Origin: an uncultured Chlorobiota bacterium
Lineage (GTDB): Bacteria > Bacteroidota > Ignavibacteria > UBA10030 > UBA6906
Length of the DNA: 64,000 nt
Assembly (NCBI GenBank): GCA_900696645.1
Contig: CAADGV010000010.1
Coordinates: 9,771-73,770, forward strand
Direction of reading: 5' to 3'
A program made the translations under genes and the position numbers. Below are positions 37,600 through 48,397 of the stretch, in pieces. A model generated the notes under the pieces. It was given only the letters and a program-made list of their open reading frames with translations, searched no databases and was not told the DNA's origin. The stretch's first letter is position 1, and every line of letters begins with the position of its first letter.

Positions 37600-40005
37600 A
37601 TGGAAGTTCTCCTCGGACTTTTTGCCCTCGGAATTTTTCTCGCCCCGCTGATTCTATCCCTCGTTAACTCAGGCAAGGTCAATGCGTTGACGCGCAGGCT
37701 GCAGCAGCTTGAATTCTCGCTTCTTCAGATGCGTAACGAATTCGAAAGTCTGAGGAAGGGGACACCTCAACAGAAACCGGCGCCGGAAGTCGCGCCCGAG
37801 AGGAAACCGGAAGCCGAGCCGGAAATCACAATGGAACCCTCTCCGCCTGTTCCTCAACCACCACTTCCTGTTCCGCCTGCACACCCTGCCGGGCAGCTTC
37901 CTCCGCAGGTTTCACAGCCCGTCTTTCGACCCCCGATCAAAAAGGAAAGCCGGACAAGCAAAGAATGGGAAGCCCTTATCGGCGGCAAAGTTCTCAACCG
38001 CATCGGAGCGTTGGCGCTTATCATCGGCGTTGGATTCTTCCTGAAATATGCATTTGACAACAATTGGATTTCGGAGACTGTTCGTGTTTTGATGGGCGCG
38101 ATGGCGGGCGGTGGATTGCTGTTCTTTGCGACGAAAACTCACAAGAAGGGATTCGAAGTATTTTCACAGGGACTCGTCGGGGCAGGGATATCGATTCTCT
38201 ATTTGTCGGTGTTTGCTGCGTACAATTTCTATCAGCTCGTTCCGCAGCTTGTTGCTTTTGTGTTGATGGCCGTTGTTACGATGATGACGTTGTGGCAATC
38301 GCTCAAGTATGATTCGCTTGCCGTGGCGCTTCTTGGTTGGGCGGGCGGATTCCTGACGCCGTTCATGCTCAGTGCGGGCGCCGCGAATGAAATAGGGTTG
38401 TTCACGTACATTGCATTACTCACCGCCGGACTGCTGAGTATCGTCATTAGCAAGGAGAAGTGGATCATCGTCGAGCCGTTGACGATGGCGGGAACATACT
38501 TCATCTATTTCCTCTGGTTTGACTCTGTATTCAAACAGGAATTGCTGACGGCGGCACTGTTCTTCCTGACTCTCTTCTGGATGCTTTTTCTGGGATTCGA
38601 GGCTGCTCGAAATCTCAAGAAGAACGAAGCATGGTCTACACTGCGCCACATACTCGCCGTCGCCAACGGCGTGCTGTACTACATCGGCACGTACCACCTC
38701 CTCGAACCGGACTATCATGTGTGGATGGGATTGACGACGTTGCTGATTGCGCTGCCGTATTTCGGACTGTTTTTTGTCTTGAAGAACAAAGGCGGGGCGA
38801 AGCAAGGTCTGCTCGATCGCTATATTCTTGGCGCAATCGTGCTGGTGTTCAGCGCGACAGCAATCCAGTTTTCCGGTTTCACGACCGTTATCCTCTGGTC
38901 TCTTGAAGCGCTGATCGTGGCCTACGCAGGCATAAAATCGGGCATGAAATCGCTTTGGGTGGCCGCAGTGGTTATGTTCTCGGTTACAGTATTCAAGCTC
39001 TTCTTGTCTGAGGGTTCGTTCACGTACATTCCGCTTGAAGAATTCAGACTTCTGCTTACTGTACGGGCGGCAGCGTTTCTTGTGTTGGGTGCATCGTTGT
39101 TTGTAGCGACGGAGATATTCAGGAAGCGTGAAGAAACGACGGCGCGCAAAATTGCTTCAGGATTGAGCTATTCCTGGTGTTTCGTGCTCTTTGTATTTCT
39201 TTCTTCCGAAACCATCAACCTGTTCCACCGGTCGATGCTCTACGTTGAAGGCGCCGCAAGGGATTCGCTTTCATTCAAGGAGGATCTGACACTCGCCGCC
39301 GTGTGGACGGCCTACTCGATTACTCTGACGTGGTTCGGCTTTCGCCGGGATTCGCGTCCGGCGTTGCATGCAGGTATCGGCGTGATGGTGCTGGGATTGG
39401 CCGCGGGGTTGATCAGGTCCCTATGGTTCGAACCGATTGAATGGTTTTCACTTTTGCTCAACATCCGCGTATTCGTATTGTGTTTGCTCATTGCCGGCGC
39501 AATCGTCTTGCTTCGACTATGGAAATCCGAAAGTAAGGAAGGAGGCTGGAGAAGAGTCATGACTGCCATCCTCGGCTTGACGATTGTTGCCCTCGTGCTC
39601 GCGCTGCTTACATCCGAAACGAGGGATTTCTTTCAGAAGGAGATGTACGTTCTGCAACGGCACATGGGCGATAACTGGACGAAGGATTTCGAAGCGCAAC
39701 TAACCAACCTGCGCAACATGCAATCGCTTTCACTCTCCGGCGTGTGGCTTGTCTATTCGGTGATTCTGATGGTGGTCGGAATCTGGAAGCGTTACAGAAA
39801 CCTCCGGCTGGTTGCCATCGGGCTGTTCGGCGTTGCGATCCTCAAGATTTTCATCTACGACTTGTCGTTCCTGCAAACGCTGTATCGCATCTTCTCGTTC
39901 ATGGGACTCGGCGTCATTCTGTTAGGCGTATCGTATCTGTACCAGAAGTACAAGGGGATTATTTTGGAGGGGGAGGGAGGGATCACGCACCAACAAAAGC
40001 AGTAA
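37600..40005 (+). CDS. DUF2339-like large polytopic membrane protein
   Basis: N-terminal TM helix, coiled segment, Pro-rich linker, then WEALIGGKVLNRIGALALIIGVGFFLKYA followed by more than 15 hydrophobic helices. Confidence 0.75.
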   Translation: MEVLLGLFALGIFLAPLILSLVNSGKVNALTRRLQQLEFSLLQMRNEFESLRKGTPQQKPAPEVAPERKPEAEPEITMEPSPPVPQPPLPVPPAHPAGQLPPQVSQPVFRPPIKKESRTSKEWEALIGGKVLNRIGALALIIGVGFFLKYAFDNNWISETVRVLMGAMAGGGLLFFATKTHKKGFEVFSQGLVGAGISILYLSVFAAYNFYQLVPQLVAFVLMAVVTMMTLWQSLKYDSLAVALLGWAGGFLTPFMLSAGAANEIGLFTYIALLTAGLLSIVISKEKWIIVEPLTMAGTYFIYFLWFDSVFKQELLTAALFFLTLFWMLFLGFEAARNLKKNEAWSTLRHILAVANGVLYYIGTYHLLEPDYHVWMGLTTLLIALPYFGLFFVLKNKGGAKQGLLDRYILGAIVLVFSATAIQFSGFTTVILWSLEALIVAYAGIKSGMKSLWVAAVVMFSVTVFKLFLSEGSFTYIPLEEFRLLLTVRAAAFLVLGASLFVATEIFRKREETTARKIASGLSYSWCFVLFVFLSSETINLFHRSMLYVEGAARDSLSFKEDLTLAAVWTAYSITLTWFGFRRDSRPALHAGIGVMVLGLAAGLIRSLWFEPIEWFSLLLNIRVFVLCLLIAGAIVLLRLWKSESKEGGWRRVMTAILGLTIVALVLALLTSETRDFFQKEMYVLQRHMGDNWTKDFEAQLTNLRNMQSLSLSGVWLVYSVILMVVGIWKRYRNLRLVAIGLFGVAILKIFIYDLSFLQTLYRIFSFMGLGVILLGVSYLYQKYKGIILEGEGGITHQQKQ

Positions 40006-40720
40006 GCTGAAAAGCTAAATTGCCGGCACTGTGGGCAACGATGGGATAAAGAAGACTCCCGCTATTAAATCTGAGCCAACCGTAGGTGATTCCGCCGATA
40101 AGTGTGAAAGAGGCCGGTATCAAGTTAAATGAAAAGTTCCCTTGCGTCAGACTGAGTCCGTGCCAAACGCTGAACATCAGGCCCGTTACGAGAATAGCGG
40201 GCCATGGGATATTGCCTTCAGGAAACTTGTGCTTGATGAGCCCCAACATGAGAGCAGGCGCTATCCCCCGATACGCTACTTCTTCAGCGAAACCGGGCAT
40301 TGTTGCTTGGAAGAGTAACGTTTCAAGATTTGCCTTCTCAGGACTGAACAAAAATCCAAGTGTTGCGCTGAGAGTTATCAAACACAGCGTTACAAGTACC
40401 GATGATGTTTGATTCTTGTACGGAAGAACCAGCCCGGATGATCTTCTGTTGATCTTTAAGGCTGTGATGAAAACAACGGCTAAGACAAGACTGAAGACTT
40501 TGCCGCTCCAATTCCATTCTCCACCGAACAATCTGATTGAACTGACTGCGCTTGGAAGTCCGGTTACGAGATCATCAAGCCCGAGATACGCTGCAAAGAT
40601 GAGGCCCGCGGCCATCCCTAATTTCTTGTCGAAGGCTTTCGCGATCAAGAACAGGCACAAGGCGATAGCTGAAAATGACAGAGAAAAGAAGAGGGAATCC
40701 ACGATTTGTCTTTGGCGCAA
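39983..40720 (-). CDS. CPBP-family intramembrane glutamic endopeptidase (CAAX protease-like)
   Basis: Motifs EEVAYRG, FSVWH and HSAGN in a multi-TM protein. The 3' end overlaps the DUF2339 gene by 23 nt. Confidence 0.8.
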   Translation of the reverse strand: MRQRQIVDSLFFSLSFSAIALCLFLIAKAFDKKLGMAAGLIFAAYLGLDDLVTGLPSAVSSIRLFGGEWNWSGKVFSLVLAVVFITALKINRRSSGLVLPYKNQTSSVLVTLCLITLSATLGFLFSPEKANLETLLFQATMPGFAEEVAYRGIAPALMLGLIKHKFPEGNIPWPAILVTGLMFSVWHGLSLTQGNFSFNLIPASFTLIGGITYGWLRFNSGSLLYPIVAHSAGNLAFQLTAFVGA

Positions 40721-40826
40721 TAACTATGAATGTTCAGTCGTTGGAGATCCTGTACAAGGCCGCGAGCTAATATCCCATCAAGCACTCATAATGTTCGCTG
40801 CGCGTGACGATTGTCCTCGTCAAAAC

Positions 40827-41459
40827 TTATCCAATCCACCAAGCAATATCAACGCTGGAGACGAGTCGCCCGGCGCGAATAGCCCTGAGCAAGGCTATTT
40901 CCTCCACTGTCAACCTCCGCCTTTCTCCGACATCGAGCCCATCAATCGTCAGCTCGCCAATCTTCGTCCGCACCAACCTCAATGTCGGGTGCCCGACGGC
41001 GGCGGTCATTTTGTGAACCTGTCGGTTTCTTCCTTCGCGCAGTGTTATTTCAAGCCACGCCGTCGGTACATTCTTGCGGAACCTGATCGGTACACTTCTG
41101 GGTGGCAAATCAGGTTCTTCATCAAGCAGGCGTACTTCGGCGGGTTTGGTTTTTCTTTCTTCTATCACAACTCCTGAGCGCAGTTTCTGCAATGCCTTTT
41201 CATCCGGCACTCGCTCAACTTGAACGAGATACGTTCGCGGGTGTCCGAACTTCGGGTCGCTGAGATGGTGTTTAAGTGGGTTATCGTTGGTCAGGAGCAG
41301 GAGTCCTTCGCTGTCACGATCAAGCCTTCCGACGGGGTACACCTCTGGAGGAAAGGGGCCGAAGTCCTCAAGCGACGGGTGCCCGTGCTCTGGTGTGAAC
41401 TGCGAGAGCACGCCGTACGGCTTGTTGAACAGAATGTAGTGGAATTGGCCTGTTTTCAT
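40827..41459 (-). CDS. Pseudouridine synthase, RsuA/RluE family (no S4 domain)
   Basis: FNKPYGVLSQFT and the catalytic motif GRLDRDSEGLLLLTND. Confidence 0.85.
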   Translation of the reverse strand: MKTGQFHYILFNKPYGVLSQFTPEHGHPSLEDFGPFPPEVYPVGRLDRDSEGLLLLTNDNPLKHHLSDPKFGHPRTYLVQVERVPDEKALQKLRSGVVIEERKTKPAEVRLLDEEPDLPPRSVPIRFRKNVPTAWLEITLREGRNRQVHKMTAAVGHPTLRLVRTKIGELTIDGLDVGERRRLTVEEIALLRAIRAGRLVSSVDIAWWIG

Positions 41460-41500
41460 GCTGTTTGAAGGTAGGGAAGGGAGCCGGCATATTCAAGTAT

Positions 41501-41529
41501 TTGACATTTGCCCGCGTTGAATGTATATT
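41501..41529 (+). promoter_or_regulatory. Sigma70-like promoter of the MarR operon
   Basis: TTGACA (41501-41506), 17-nt spacer, TATATT (41524-41529). Confidence 0.45.
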
Positions 41530-41541
41530 GAATTAGTATAT

Positions 41542-41553
41542 TTTGAATTCAAA
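41542..41553. promoter_or_regulatory. Palindromic box TTTGAATTCAAA (operator candidate 1)
   Basis: Perfect 12-bp palindrome just downstream of the -10 and upstream of marR ATG 41560. There is an adjacent TTGAATT half-site at 41529-41535. Confidence 0.45.
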
Positions 41554-41559
41554 CTAAAA

Positions 41560-42018
41560 ATGAAGACAACAAAGCGTTACGGCAAAAAAGCCGATGCAGC
41601 CCTGACACTCTGGGTGAAACTCGCGAGGGCCTTTTCGGTGTTTTCCAAAGCAACAGGCGACGATATTGAAGGGTACGGACTGACTCAAGCACAATTCGGG
41701 GTGCTTGAGTGTCTCGGCCACCTCGGCCCGATGACAATGGGGGAGTTGTGCCGCAAGAAACTGGTCAGCGGCGGCAACATGACGGTTGTGGTCGATAATC
41801 TCGAAAAACTATCGCTTGTCGAGCGCGTACACAGCACAAGAGACAGGCGGGCGATAACGCTTCAACTTACAGCAAAGGGGAAGAAGCTGTTCAAGGAGAT
41901 CTTTCCGAAGCACGCAAAGTATGTTGCGTCGCTCGCATCGGCTCTGTCGGCAGAGGAACAGGTACAGTTGGGCACGCTCCTGAAGAAACTTGGGTTGTCG
42001 TTAAGGGAACCGAAATAG
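41560..42018 (+). CDS. MarR-family transcriptional regulator
   Basis: Winged-helix region LTQAQFGVLECLGHLGPMTMGELCRKKLVSGGNMTVVVDNLEKLSLVER..DRR. The ORF-track start at 41521 lies inside the promoter. Confidence 0.85.
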   Translation: MKTTKRYGKKADAALTLWVKLARAFSVFSKATGDDIEGYGLTQAQFGVLECLGHLGPMTMGELCRKKLVSGGNMTVVVDNLEKLSLVERVHSTRDRRAITLQLTAKGKKLFKEIFPKHAKYVASLASALSAEEQVQLGTLLKKLGLSLREPK

Positions 42019-42037
42019 GTTCTTTGTTGTTAAATGC

Positions 42038-42049
42038 TTTGAATTCAAA
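42038..42049. promoter_or_regulatory. Palindromic box TTTGAATTCAAA (operator candidate 2)
   Basis: Identical 12-mer in the 52-nt gap between marR and the nitroreductase gene, with an extra AATTCAAA half-site at 42057-42064. Confidence 0.45.
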
Positions 42050-42070
42050 ATATCCTAATTCAAAGCAGGA

Positions 42071-42685
42071 ATGGATTCCGGTCTGGTCATGGTCGATACA
42101 CACATTCTAGAAAGTACACGCATTCCCCTTGATGAAGCTATTGGCATGCGGTGGAGTCCGAAAGGTTTTTTGGATATTCCGGTCGAACCTGAGAAGCTCA
42201 GAAGTCTTTTTGAAGCGGCACGCTGGTCACCGTCAAGCCGCAATGAGCAGCCTTGGCGCTTCATCGTTGAAACGAAGTCTCATCCTGAAGGCTATGAACG
42301 CCTTTTCAGCACGTTGACGGAAAGCAACAAAAGCTGGGCGTGTCAGGCTCCTCTGTTGATTGCCGGGTTTGCCAAGAAACACTTTGATCGCGACAACATG
42401 CCGAATCGAACAGCCATGTATGACACAGGCGGCGCCGTGGCGAACCTTACAGTGCAGGCCGTTTCTCTCGGATTGCAGGTTCATCAGATGGGCGGGTACG
42501 ACATGCGCCTGCTGAAAGAGCTGTACAACGTTCCCGAGGAGTTCGAGCCTGCTGCAATTCTGGCCGTAGGATATGCTGACGAAGGGGGGCGATCATCACG
42601 TGTTCGACTGCGACGTGAGTTGAATACAATGGTGTACGAAGGAGTGTGGGGTCGGGCGTCTGAGCTTCTGCACTCAAAATTGTAG
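42071..42685 (+). CDS. Nitroreductase-family protein
   Basis: RWSPSSRNEQPWRF is the classic nitroreductase N-terminal motif. About 200 aa. Confidence 0.8.
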   Translation: MDSGLVMVDTHILESTRIPLDEAIGMRWSPKGFLDIPVEPEKLRSLFEAARWSPSSRNEQPWRFIVETKSHPEGYERLFSTLTESNKSWACQAPLLIAGFAKKHFDRDNMPNRTAMYDTGGAVANLTVQAVSLGLQVHQMGGYDMRLLKELYNVPEEFEPAAILAVGYADEGGRSSRVRLRRELNTMVYEGVWGRASELLHSKL

Positions 42686-42729
42686 TCACATACACATCAT
42701 CAATAACCATTAACTAAGGAGAGAAAACC

Positions 42730-43320
42730 ATGAAGCATACCATTCTTGCCCTGCTTGTGTTTGCAGCATTCAGCGTACAGGCGCAGACTAAGTGGACTCT
42801 CGACAAATCACACAGCAATGTGAATTTTGCCGTCGGCCACATGGTCTTTTCTGAGGTCACCGGCTTGTTCAGAGAATTTGATGCGACTCTTGTTGCATCA
42901 AAGGATGATCTGACGGACGCCAAGATCGAAGCGACCATCAAGACGGCAAGCATTGACACGCAGAATGAGCGGCGGGACAATCACTTGCGATCGGATGATT
43001 TTCTGAATGCCGAGAAGTTTCCAGAGATCAAGTTCGTGAGCACAAAGGTTGAGAAAACCGGAGAGAAGTCGTATACGATCACCGGCAACCTGACGATACG
43101 CGACGTAACAAAGCCCGTGGTGCTTGATACTGAGTTTCGCGGAACGGTCAACGATCCTTGGGGAAATATCAAGTACGGTTTCAAGGCCACCACCAAGATC
43201 GACAGGTTTGAGTTCGGAACTACATGGAACAAAGCTCTTGAGGCCGGCGGCCTCGTTGCAGGACGTGAGATTGAAATAACACTTCTCATGCAGTTCGCAA
43301 AAGAAAAGCAGCAAGGATAA
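42730..43320 (+). CDS. YceI-family periplasmic (polyisoprenoid-binding) protein
   Basis: Signal peptide, then W.LDKSHSNVNF.V.H....V.G.F and R..HL.S.DF...KFPEI.F. Confidence 0.88.
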   Translation: MKHTILALLVFAAFSVQAQTKWTLDKSHSNVNFAVGHMVFSEVTGLFREFDATLVASKDDLTDAKIEATIKTASIDTQNERRDNHLRSDDFLNAEKFPEIKFVSTKVEKTGEKSYTITGNLTIRDVTKPVVLDTEFRGTVNDPWGNIKYGFKATTKIDRFEFGTTWNKALEAGGLVAGREIEITLLMQFAKEKQQG

Positions 43321-43337
43321 TACAGCGGGGCAGAATC

Positions 43338-44207
43338 ATGAAATCCATCTCTCCTGACGCCGGCATTGCATATATCCGACTTTCTGTGAACGACCTCAAG
43401 AAGTCTGAGGCGTTCTACGGTGCGTTGCTGGGATTTCGTGAAGTTGCGAGAACTGATTCAGAGGTTGCCCTGTCACCGACAGGGCAACTTCCTTTTCATA
43501 TCCACCTGAAAGAGAATCCCGAAGCTGAACGTCCGCTACGTGGTTCTGCCGGATTGTTTCATGTGGCAATCCGTTTTTCTGACAGAAAAGAGCTGGCGAA
43601 AGCATTGCTGCGCTTGATCGAAAATCGTTATCCGATTCAAGGTGCTTCGGATCATGCCGTGAGTGAAGCCATTTACCTGGCCGACTCGGAAGGTAATGGC
43701 GTGGAACTCTATTGCGACCGGCCTCGAAGCGAATGGCACCGCAGCAACGGCGAGATTCACATGGTTACAGAACCGCTTGACGTTGAAGGATTGCTGCAAG
43801 CCGCCGATGGCAAGTGGGATGGCATTCATCCCCAAACCGATATCGGGCATATTCATCTCAGCGTTACGAGCCTTGCCAAAGCCGAGGAATTCTATGTCAA
43901 GAACATTGGCTTTGGTGTAACCACAAGGTCGTATCCCGGAGCCTTGTTTCTTGCAGCCGGCGATTATCATCATCACATCGGCACAAACGTTTGGGCGGGT
44001 CGCAACGGCCCGGCAAGGCAGGAGAATACTGCCGGCATTCTTGCGTTTGGAGTTTCGCTGCCGAAGCAAGAGTGGGAAGCGATGCGACAACGTCTTTCCG
44101 AATCGGGATTCTCGTACCCCGCCACTTCAATCTTCGGCATGGAGCCGATACTACGTCTTCACGACTTCGACGGAATCGGCGTCGAGTTCATACCGGCCGC
44201 GATGTAA
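43338..44207 (+). CDS. Two-domain VOC (glyoxalase/extradiol dioxygenase-like) protein
   Basis: Two tandem beta-alpha-beta-beta-beta modules with conserved H/E positions (IRLSVNDL.., GHIHLSVTSL..). Confidence 0.75.
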   Translation: MKSISPDAGIAYIRLSVNDLKKSEAFYGALLGFREVARTDSEVALSPTGQLPFHIHLKENPEAERPLRGSAGLFHVAIRFSDRKELAKALLRLIENRYPIQGASDHAVSEAIYLADSEGNGVELYCDRPRSEWHRSNGEIHMVTEPLDVEGLLQAADGKWDGIHPQTDIGHIHLSVTSLAKAEEFYVKNIGFGVTTRSYPGALFLAAGDYHHHIGTNVWAGRNGPARQENTAGILAFGVSLPKQEWEAMRQRLSESGFSYPATSIFGMEPILRLHDFDGIGVEFIPAAM

Positions 44208-44321
44208 CACCTTCTTTGCAGTCCCTCCGTTTCGATTCATTGATAGTCACTCCGTTTTTACCTATCTTGACTTCCAAATGCTGATGCATTTCTCAAGTTT
44301 TCCCGAATAATTGGAGTAGTA

Positions 44322-46088
44322 TTGTCCTCGTTCAAGAAGCGCACGCACACATGCGGTGAGTTGCGCGTATCTGACATTGGCAAAACAGTGACACTGACAG
44401 GCTGGGTTGACATCAGGCGAGACCTTGGCGGAGTGATTTTCATTGACTTGCGTGATCGGTATGGAAAAACTCAAGTCGTCTTCAATCCTCAAACCAACGC
44501 AGCAGTACACGAGCTTGCCGGGTCGCTGCGGAATGAGTTTGTGATTTCGGTGTCAGGTCAAGTTGAACACCGCCCTGATGGCACGAACAATCCGGAGCTT
44601 GCGACGGGAGAGATCGACGTGATGGCGACGGAATTGCAGATTCTCAACAAAGCAGAAACACCTCCGTTCCACATCGAGGATTCAATCGAGACCAACGAAG
44701 ACTTGCGGTTGAAATTCCGCTACCTTGATTTGCGACGACCGGTGTTGCAGAACAACATCATCGTCCGCCACAAACTCTACCAGATAGTTCACCGCTATTT
44801 TGATGAGAATGATTTTGTGGAAATCGAAACGCCGGTGTTGATGAAGAGTACGCCGGAAGGCGCAAGAGATTACCTTGTGCCGAGCCGCGTTCAGCACGGG
44901 AAGTTCTATGCGCTTCCGCAGTCTCCTCAAACATACAAGCAGATTCTCATGGTGGCAGGATTCGACCGGTATGTCCAAATCACGAAATGTTTTCGTGATG
45001 AAGACTTGCGGGCTGATCGCCAACCGGAATTTACCCAGATTGATGCTGAGATGTCGTTCGTCGATGAAGAGGATGTTCAGCGTATTGCCGAGGGAATGAT
45101 AGCGAGGATTTTCAAGGACTTGAAAGGGATCGAAATTCAACTTCCGCTTCCTCGTCTCACATATAAACAGGCGATGGAAATGTACGGCAGTGACAAGCCG
45201 GACACGCGGTTTGAAATGAAGATTACGACACTGAACGGGCTGGTTGAGGGTTCGGGGTTCAAGGTGTTTGCGGATAATGTTGCAAAGGGAGGAACGGTTG
45301 CCGGAATTGCCGTACCCGGTGCGGCATCGTTCACTCGCAATCAAATGGATAACCTTGTCGACTACGCAAAGAGCCTCGGTGTCGGCGGACTTGCATACAT
45401 GAAGTGGACGGAGAAAGGACTTGAATCGGCAATCGAGAAATTCTTGGGCAAAGAGTTGATGGAGAAGATTGCCGCCGTGATGGGCGCAAAGCAGGGCGAT
45501 TTACTTCTATTTGTTTCGGACTCGTGGTTGAAAACCTACTCGACGCTCGGTGCGCTCCGACTTGAAATGGCAAAGCGTCTGAAACTCATAGACGAAGGGA
45601 AGTGGAATTTGTTGTGGATTACCGAGTTTCCGATGTTCGAATTTAGCGAAGAAGAACAGCGCTACGTTGCCATGCATCATCCGTTCACATCGCCGATTCT
45701 CGAAGACATACATCTGCTTGATACCGCTCCGGAGAAGGCACGATCGAGAGCCTACGATATGGTGTTGAACGGAAATGAGTTGGGCGGAGGAAGCATCCGT
45801 ATTCATGATTCCGCGCTTCAGTCAAAAGTCTTTTCGTTGTTAGGAATCGACAAAGAAGATGCTGAGAAGCGATTCGGATTTCTGCTCAACGCGTTCAAAT
45901 ACGGCGCGCCGCCGCATGGCGGCATTGCCTTCGGCCTGGACCGCATCGTGATGCTGTTGACGGGGAGCAAGTCACTGCGCGATGTTATTGCCTTTCCGAA
46001 AACCGCAAGTGCAATGTCGCTGATGGATGAAGCGCCGAGCGAGGTTGATGAAAAACAGCTTCGTGAACTGCACATTCGCGTTGTGTAG
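44322..46088 (+). CDS. aspS: Aspartate--tRNA ligase (bacterial type)
   Basis: TTG start. RTHTCGELR, GWV..RRDLGGVIFIDLRD, FRDEDLRADRQPEFTQID and the GG.IR.H / GLDR motifs. Confidence 0.92.
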   Translation: MSSFKKRTHTCGELRVSDIGKTVTLTGWVDIRRDLGGVIFIDLRDRYGKTQVVFNPQTNAAVHELAGSLRNEFVISVSGQVEHRPDGTNNPELATGEIDVMATELQILNKAETPPFHIEDSIETNEDLRLKFRYLDLRRPVLQNNIIVRHKLYQIVHRYFDENDFVEIETPVLMKSTPEGARDYLVPSRVQHGKFYALPQSPQTYKQILMVAGFDRYVQITKCFRDEDLRADRQPEFTQIDAEMSFVDEEDVQRIAEGMIARIFKDLKGIEIQLPLPRLTYKQAMEMYGSDKPDTRFEMKITTLNGLVEGSGFKVFADNVAKGGTVAGIAVPGAASFTRNQMDNLVDYAKSLGVGGLAYMKWTEKGLESAIEKFLGKELMEKIAAVMGAKQGDLLLFVSDSWLKTYSTLGALRLEMAKRLKLIDEGKWNLLWITEFPMFEFSEEEQRYVAMHHPFTSPILEDIHLLDTAPEKARSRAYDMVLNGNELGGGSIRIHDSALQSKVFSLLGIDKEDAEKRFGFLLNAFKYGAPPHGGIAFGLDRIVMLLTGSKSLRDVIAFPKTASAMSLMDEAPSEVDEKQLRELHIRVV

Positions 46089-46187
46089 ACAGCAGAATTG
46101 AGAATTGCCGGCTGCCGCTTTGGCGAGGGCGATGCAATGCAGCAACAAAACAAATCAACCATTCTCTCACTGTTCTAAGGAGGCTTC

Positions 46188-47234
46188 ATGGTTGGCATAG
46201 TTGGATACGGGGCATATCTTCCACGATATCGCATCAAAGCAGAGACAATAGCAAGACAATGGGGTACAGATCCCGAGGCAATCACACGTGGTCTGCAATT
46301 GTATGAAAAGACAGTGCCCGGACAGGATGAAGACACGATTACTATTTCAGTATCTGCCGCGAGATATGCGCTTCGGCGGGCACAAATCGACCCCCAAGAG
46401 ATTGGAGCCGTCTACATTGGCTCAGAGTCTCATCCGTACGCGGTTAAGCCAAGCGGGACAATCTTGATCGATGCGCTGGGGATTGGCCCGAACGTGCACG
46501 TCGCAAGCTACGAGTTTGCATGTAAAGCAGGCAGCGAGGCGATGTACGTGGCGTACAGTCACGTCAAGGCGGGCGAAATGAAATACGCGTTGGGGATCGG
46601 GGCTGATACATCACAAGGCGCGCCCGGTGATGCACTCGAGTACTCGGCGTCTGCGGGTGGGGCAGCGTTTATCATGGGAAGCGAGCGTGTCGTGGCGGAA
46701 ATTCTCTTCACACACTCCTACACGTCTGACACCCCCGACTTCTGGAGACGCGAAGGCGAATCCTATCCGCGTCACGGTGGCCGGTTTACCGGCGATCCTG
46801 CATACTTCAAGCACATCATGGGAGCCGCGACCGCGTTGCTAGAGAAATCCAAAATGTCGCCGGAGGATTTCAAGTACGCAGTCTTTCACATGCCCAACGG
46901 AAAATTTCCCAACGAGGTTGGGAAGCGACTGGGATTCAAAAAGGAACAACTGGAGGCCGGTTGGATTGTTCCGTGGATGGGGAACACCTATTCAGGCTCT
47001 TCTCCCACCGGTCTGGCGGCAATTCTTGATGTTGCCAAACCCGGCGATTTGATTTTCATGGTTTCGTTCGGTTCAGGTGCCGGGAGCGATGGCTTCATTT
47101 ATCGAGTGACAGACGAGATCACGAAAGTGCAAGACCGTGCCCCGAAGTTGCGTGAAATGTTGGACAATCAGAAAACCTATCTCAACTACGGCGAGTATGC
47201 GAAGTTCCGCCGGAAAATCAAACTCAACGACTAA
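46188..47234 (+). CDS. Hydroxymethylglutaryl-CoA synthase, archaeal type
   Basis: [16 protein letters not shown].., catalytic-Cys context [11 protein letters not shown], 348 aa. Followed by a thiolase and a DUF35 gene. Strong AAGGAGG RBS. Confidence 0.8.
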   Translation: MVGIVGYGAYLPRYRIKAETIARQWGTDPEAITRGLQLYEKTVPGQDEDTITISVSAARYALRRAQIDPQEIGAVYIGSESHPYAVKPSGTILIDALGIGPNVHVASYEFACKAGSEAMYVAYSHVKAGEMKYALGIGADTSQGAPGDALEYSASAGGAAFIMGSERVVAEILFTHSYTSDTPDFWRREGESYPRHGGRFTGDPAYFKHIMGAATALLEKSKMSPEDFKYAVFHMPNGKFPNEVGKRLGFKKEQLEAGWIVPWMGNTYSGSSPTGLAAILDVAKPGDLIFMVSFGSGAGSDGFIYRVTDEITKVQDRAPKLREMLDNQKTYLNYGEYAKFRRKIKLND

Positions 47235-47245
47235 AGGAGGCCACG

Positions 47246-48397
47246 ATGAGAGATGTAGTTGTAATCGGGGCTGGCATGACCCAGTTCGGCGAGCTCTGGA
47301 ACAAGTCGATTAAGGATATCTTTGTAGAAGCTGCATTGAAGGCAATTGAAGATGCCGGCGTCGACCATATTGATTCGATGTATGTTGGTGCGATGTCTCC
47401 CGGACTCTTTGTCGGACAAGAACACCTCGGCGCAGTCATGGCGGATTACCTTGGCGTTACACCAATACCCGCGACACATGTTGAGTCGGCGTGCGCTTCG
47501 GGAGGTGCTTCGTTCCGTCAAGCGTTTCTGGAAGTTGCTTCCGGAGCGAGTGAAATCGTGTTGGCCGGTGGTGTAGAGAAGATGACAGATGGTGCGGATG
47601 TTACCGAGGCGCTTGCAACGGCCGCTGATCAGGAGTATGAGGTCTATCAGGGTATTACCTTTCCCGGTTTGTATGCGCTGATCGCCCGGGCGCATATGGA
47701 ACGATACGGAACGACACGTGAGCAATTGGCAGCCGTAGCGGTCAAGAACCACCGCAACGGTGCGAAGAATCCCAACGCGCAATTTCGTTCTGAGGTCACT
47801 GCAGAGCAGGTGATGAAATCAACCATGGTAGCTGACCCGTTGCGTTTGCTCGACTGCTCGCCTGTAAGCGACGGTGGAGCGGCCGTAATCGTCGCTTCAA
47901 TGGATGTTGCAAAGAAGTTGAAGAAGAACCCAATCCGTGTGATTGCCTCCGCGCAATCCTCCGATACCATCGCTTTGCACAGCCGCAAAGACATCACCAC
48001 CCTGAACTCGGTCGTGAAAGCCGCCGAGAAAGCGTACAAGATTGCTGATAAGAAGCCTGCCGATATTCACCTTGTCGAAGTCCACGACTGTTTCACGATA
48101 GCTGAAATTGTTACGACTGAAGATCTGGGTTTCTTCGAAAAAGGCAAGGGAGGAGAGGCAGCCGAGAAAGGATGGACATCGATTGAGTGTAAGCGCATTC
48201 CGGTAAACACAAGCGGTGGGTTGAAGTCAAAAGGCCATCCGGTCGGTGCAACGGGTGTTGCTCAAATCATCGAGCTATATGAACAGTTGAACGGTACGGC
48301 AGGTTCACGGCAGGTGCAAGGAGCACGCGTCGGGATGGCCCAGAACATGGGAGGTACGGGTGCAAGTTGTGTCATTCATATCTTGGAGGCATCATGA
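47246..48397 (+). CDS. Thiolase-domain protein (archaeal-type acetyl-CoA acetyltransferase)
   Basis: [12 protein letters not shown].., active-site [13 protein letters not shown]-terminal [10 protein letters not shown]. Confidence 0.85.
   Translation: MRDVVVIGAGMTQFGELWNKSIKDIFVEAALKAIEDAGVDHIDSMYVGAMSPGLFVGQEHLGAVMADYLGVTPIPATHVESACASGGASFRQAFLEVASGASEIVLAGGVEKMTDGADVTEALATAADQEYEVYQGITFPGLYALIARAHMERYGTTREQLAAVAVKNHRNGAKNPNAQFRSEVTAEQVMKSTMVADPLRLLDCSPVSDGGAAVIVASMDVAKKLKKNPIRVIASAQSSDTIALHSRKDITTLNSVVKAAEKAYKIADKKPADIHLVEVHDCFTIAEIVTTEDLGFFEKGKGGEAAEKGWTSIECKRIPVNTSGGLKSKGHPVGATGVAQIIELYEQLNGTAGSRQVQGARVGMAQNMGGTGASCVIHILEAS

Noticed and set aside
39983-40005. 23-nt 3' overlap of the convergent DUF2339 and CPBP genes as an antisense regulatory feature
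   Set aside because: Short convergent overlaps are common, and there is no additional structure.
40416-41177. 253-aa plus-strand ORF spanning the CPBP and pseudouridine synthase region
   Set aside because: It overlaps two minus-strand genes with clear catalytic motifs (EExxxR/FxxxH; GRLDxxSxGLLLLTND). The product has no recognisable features.
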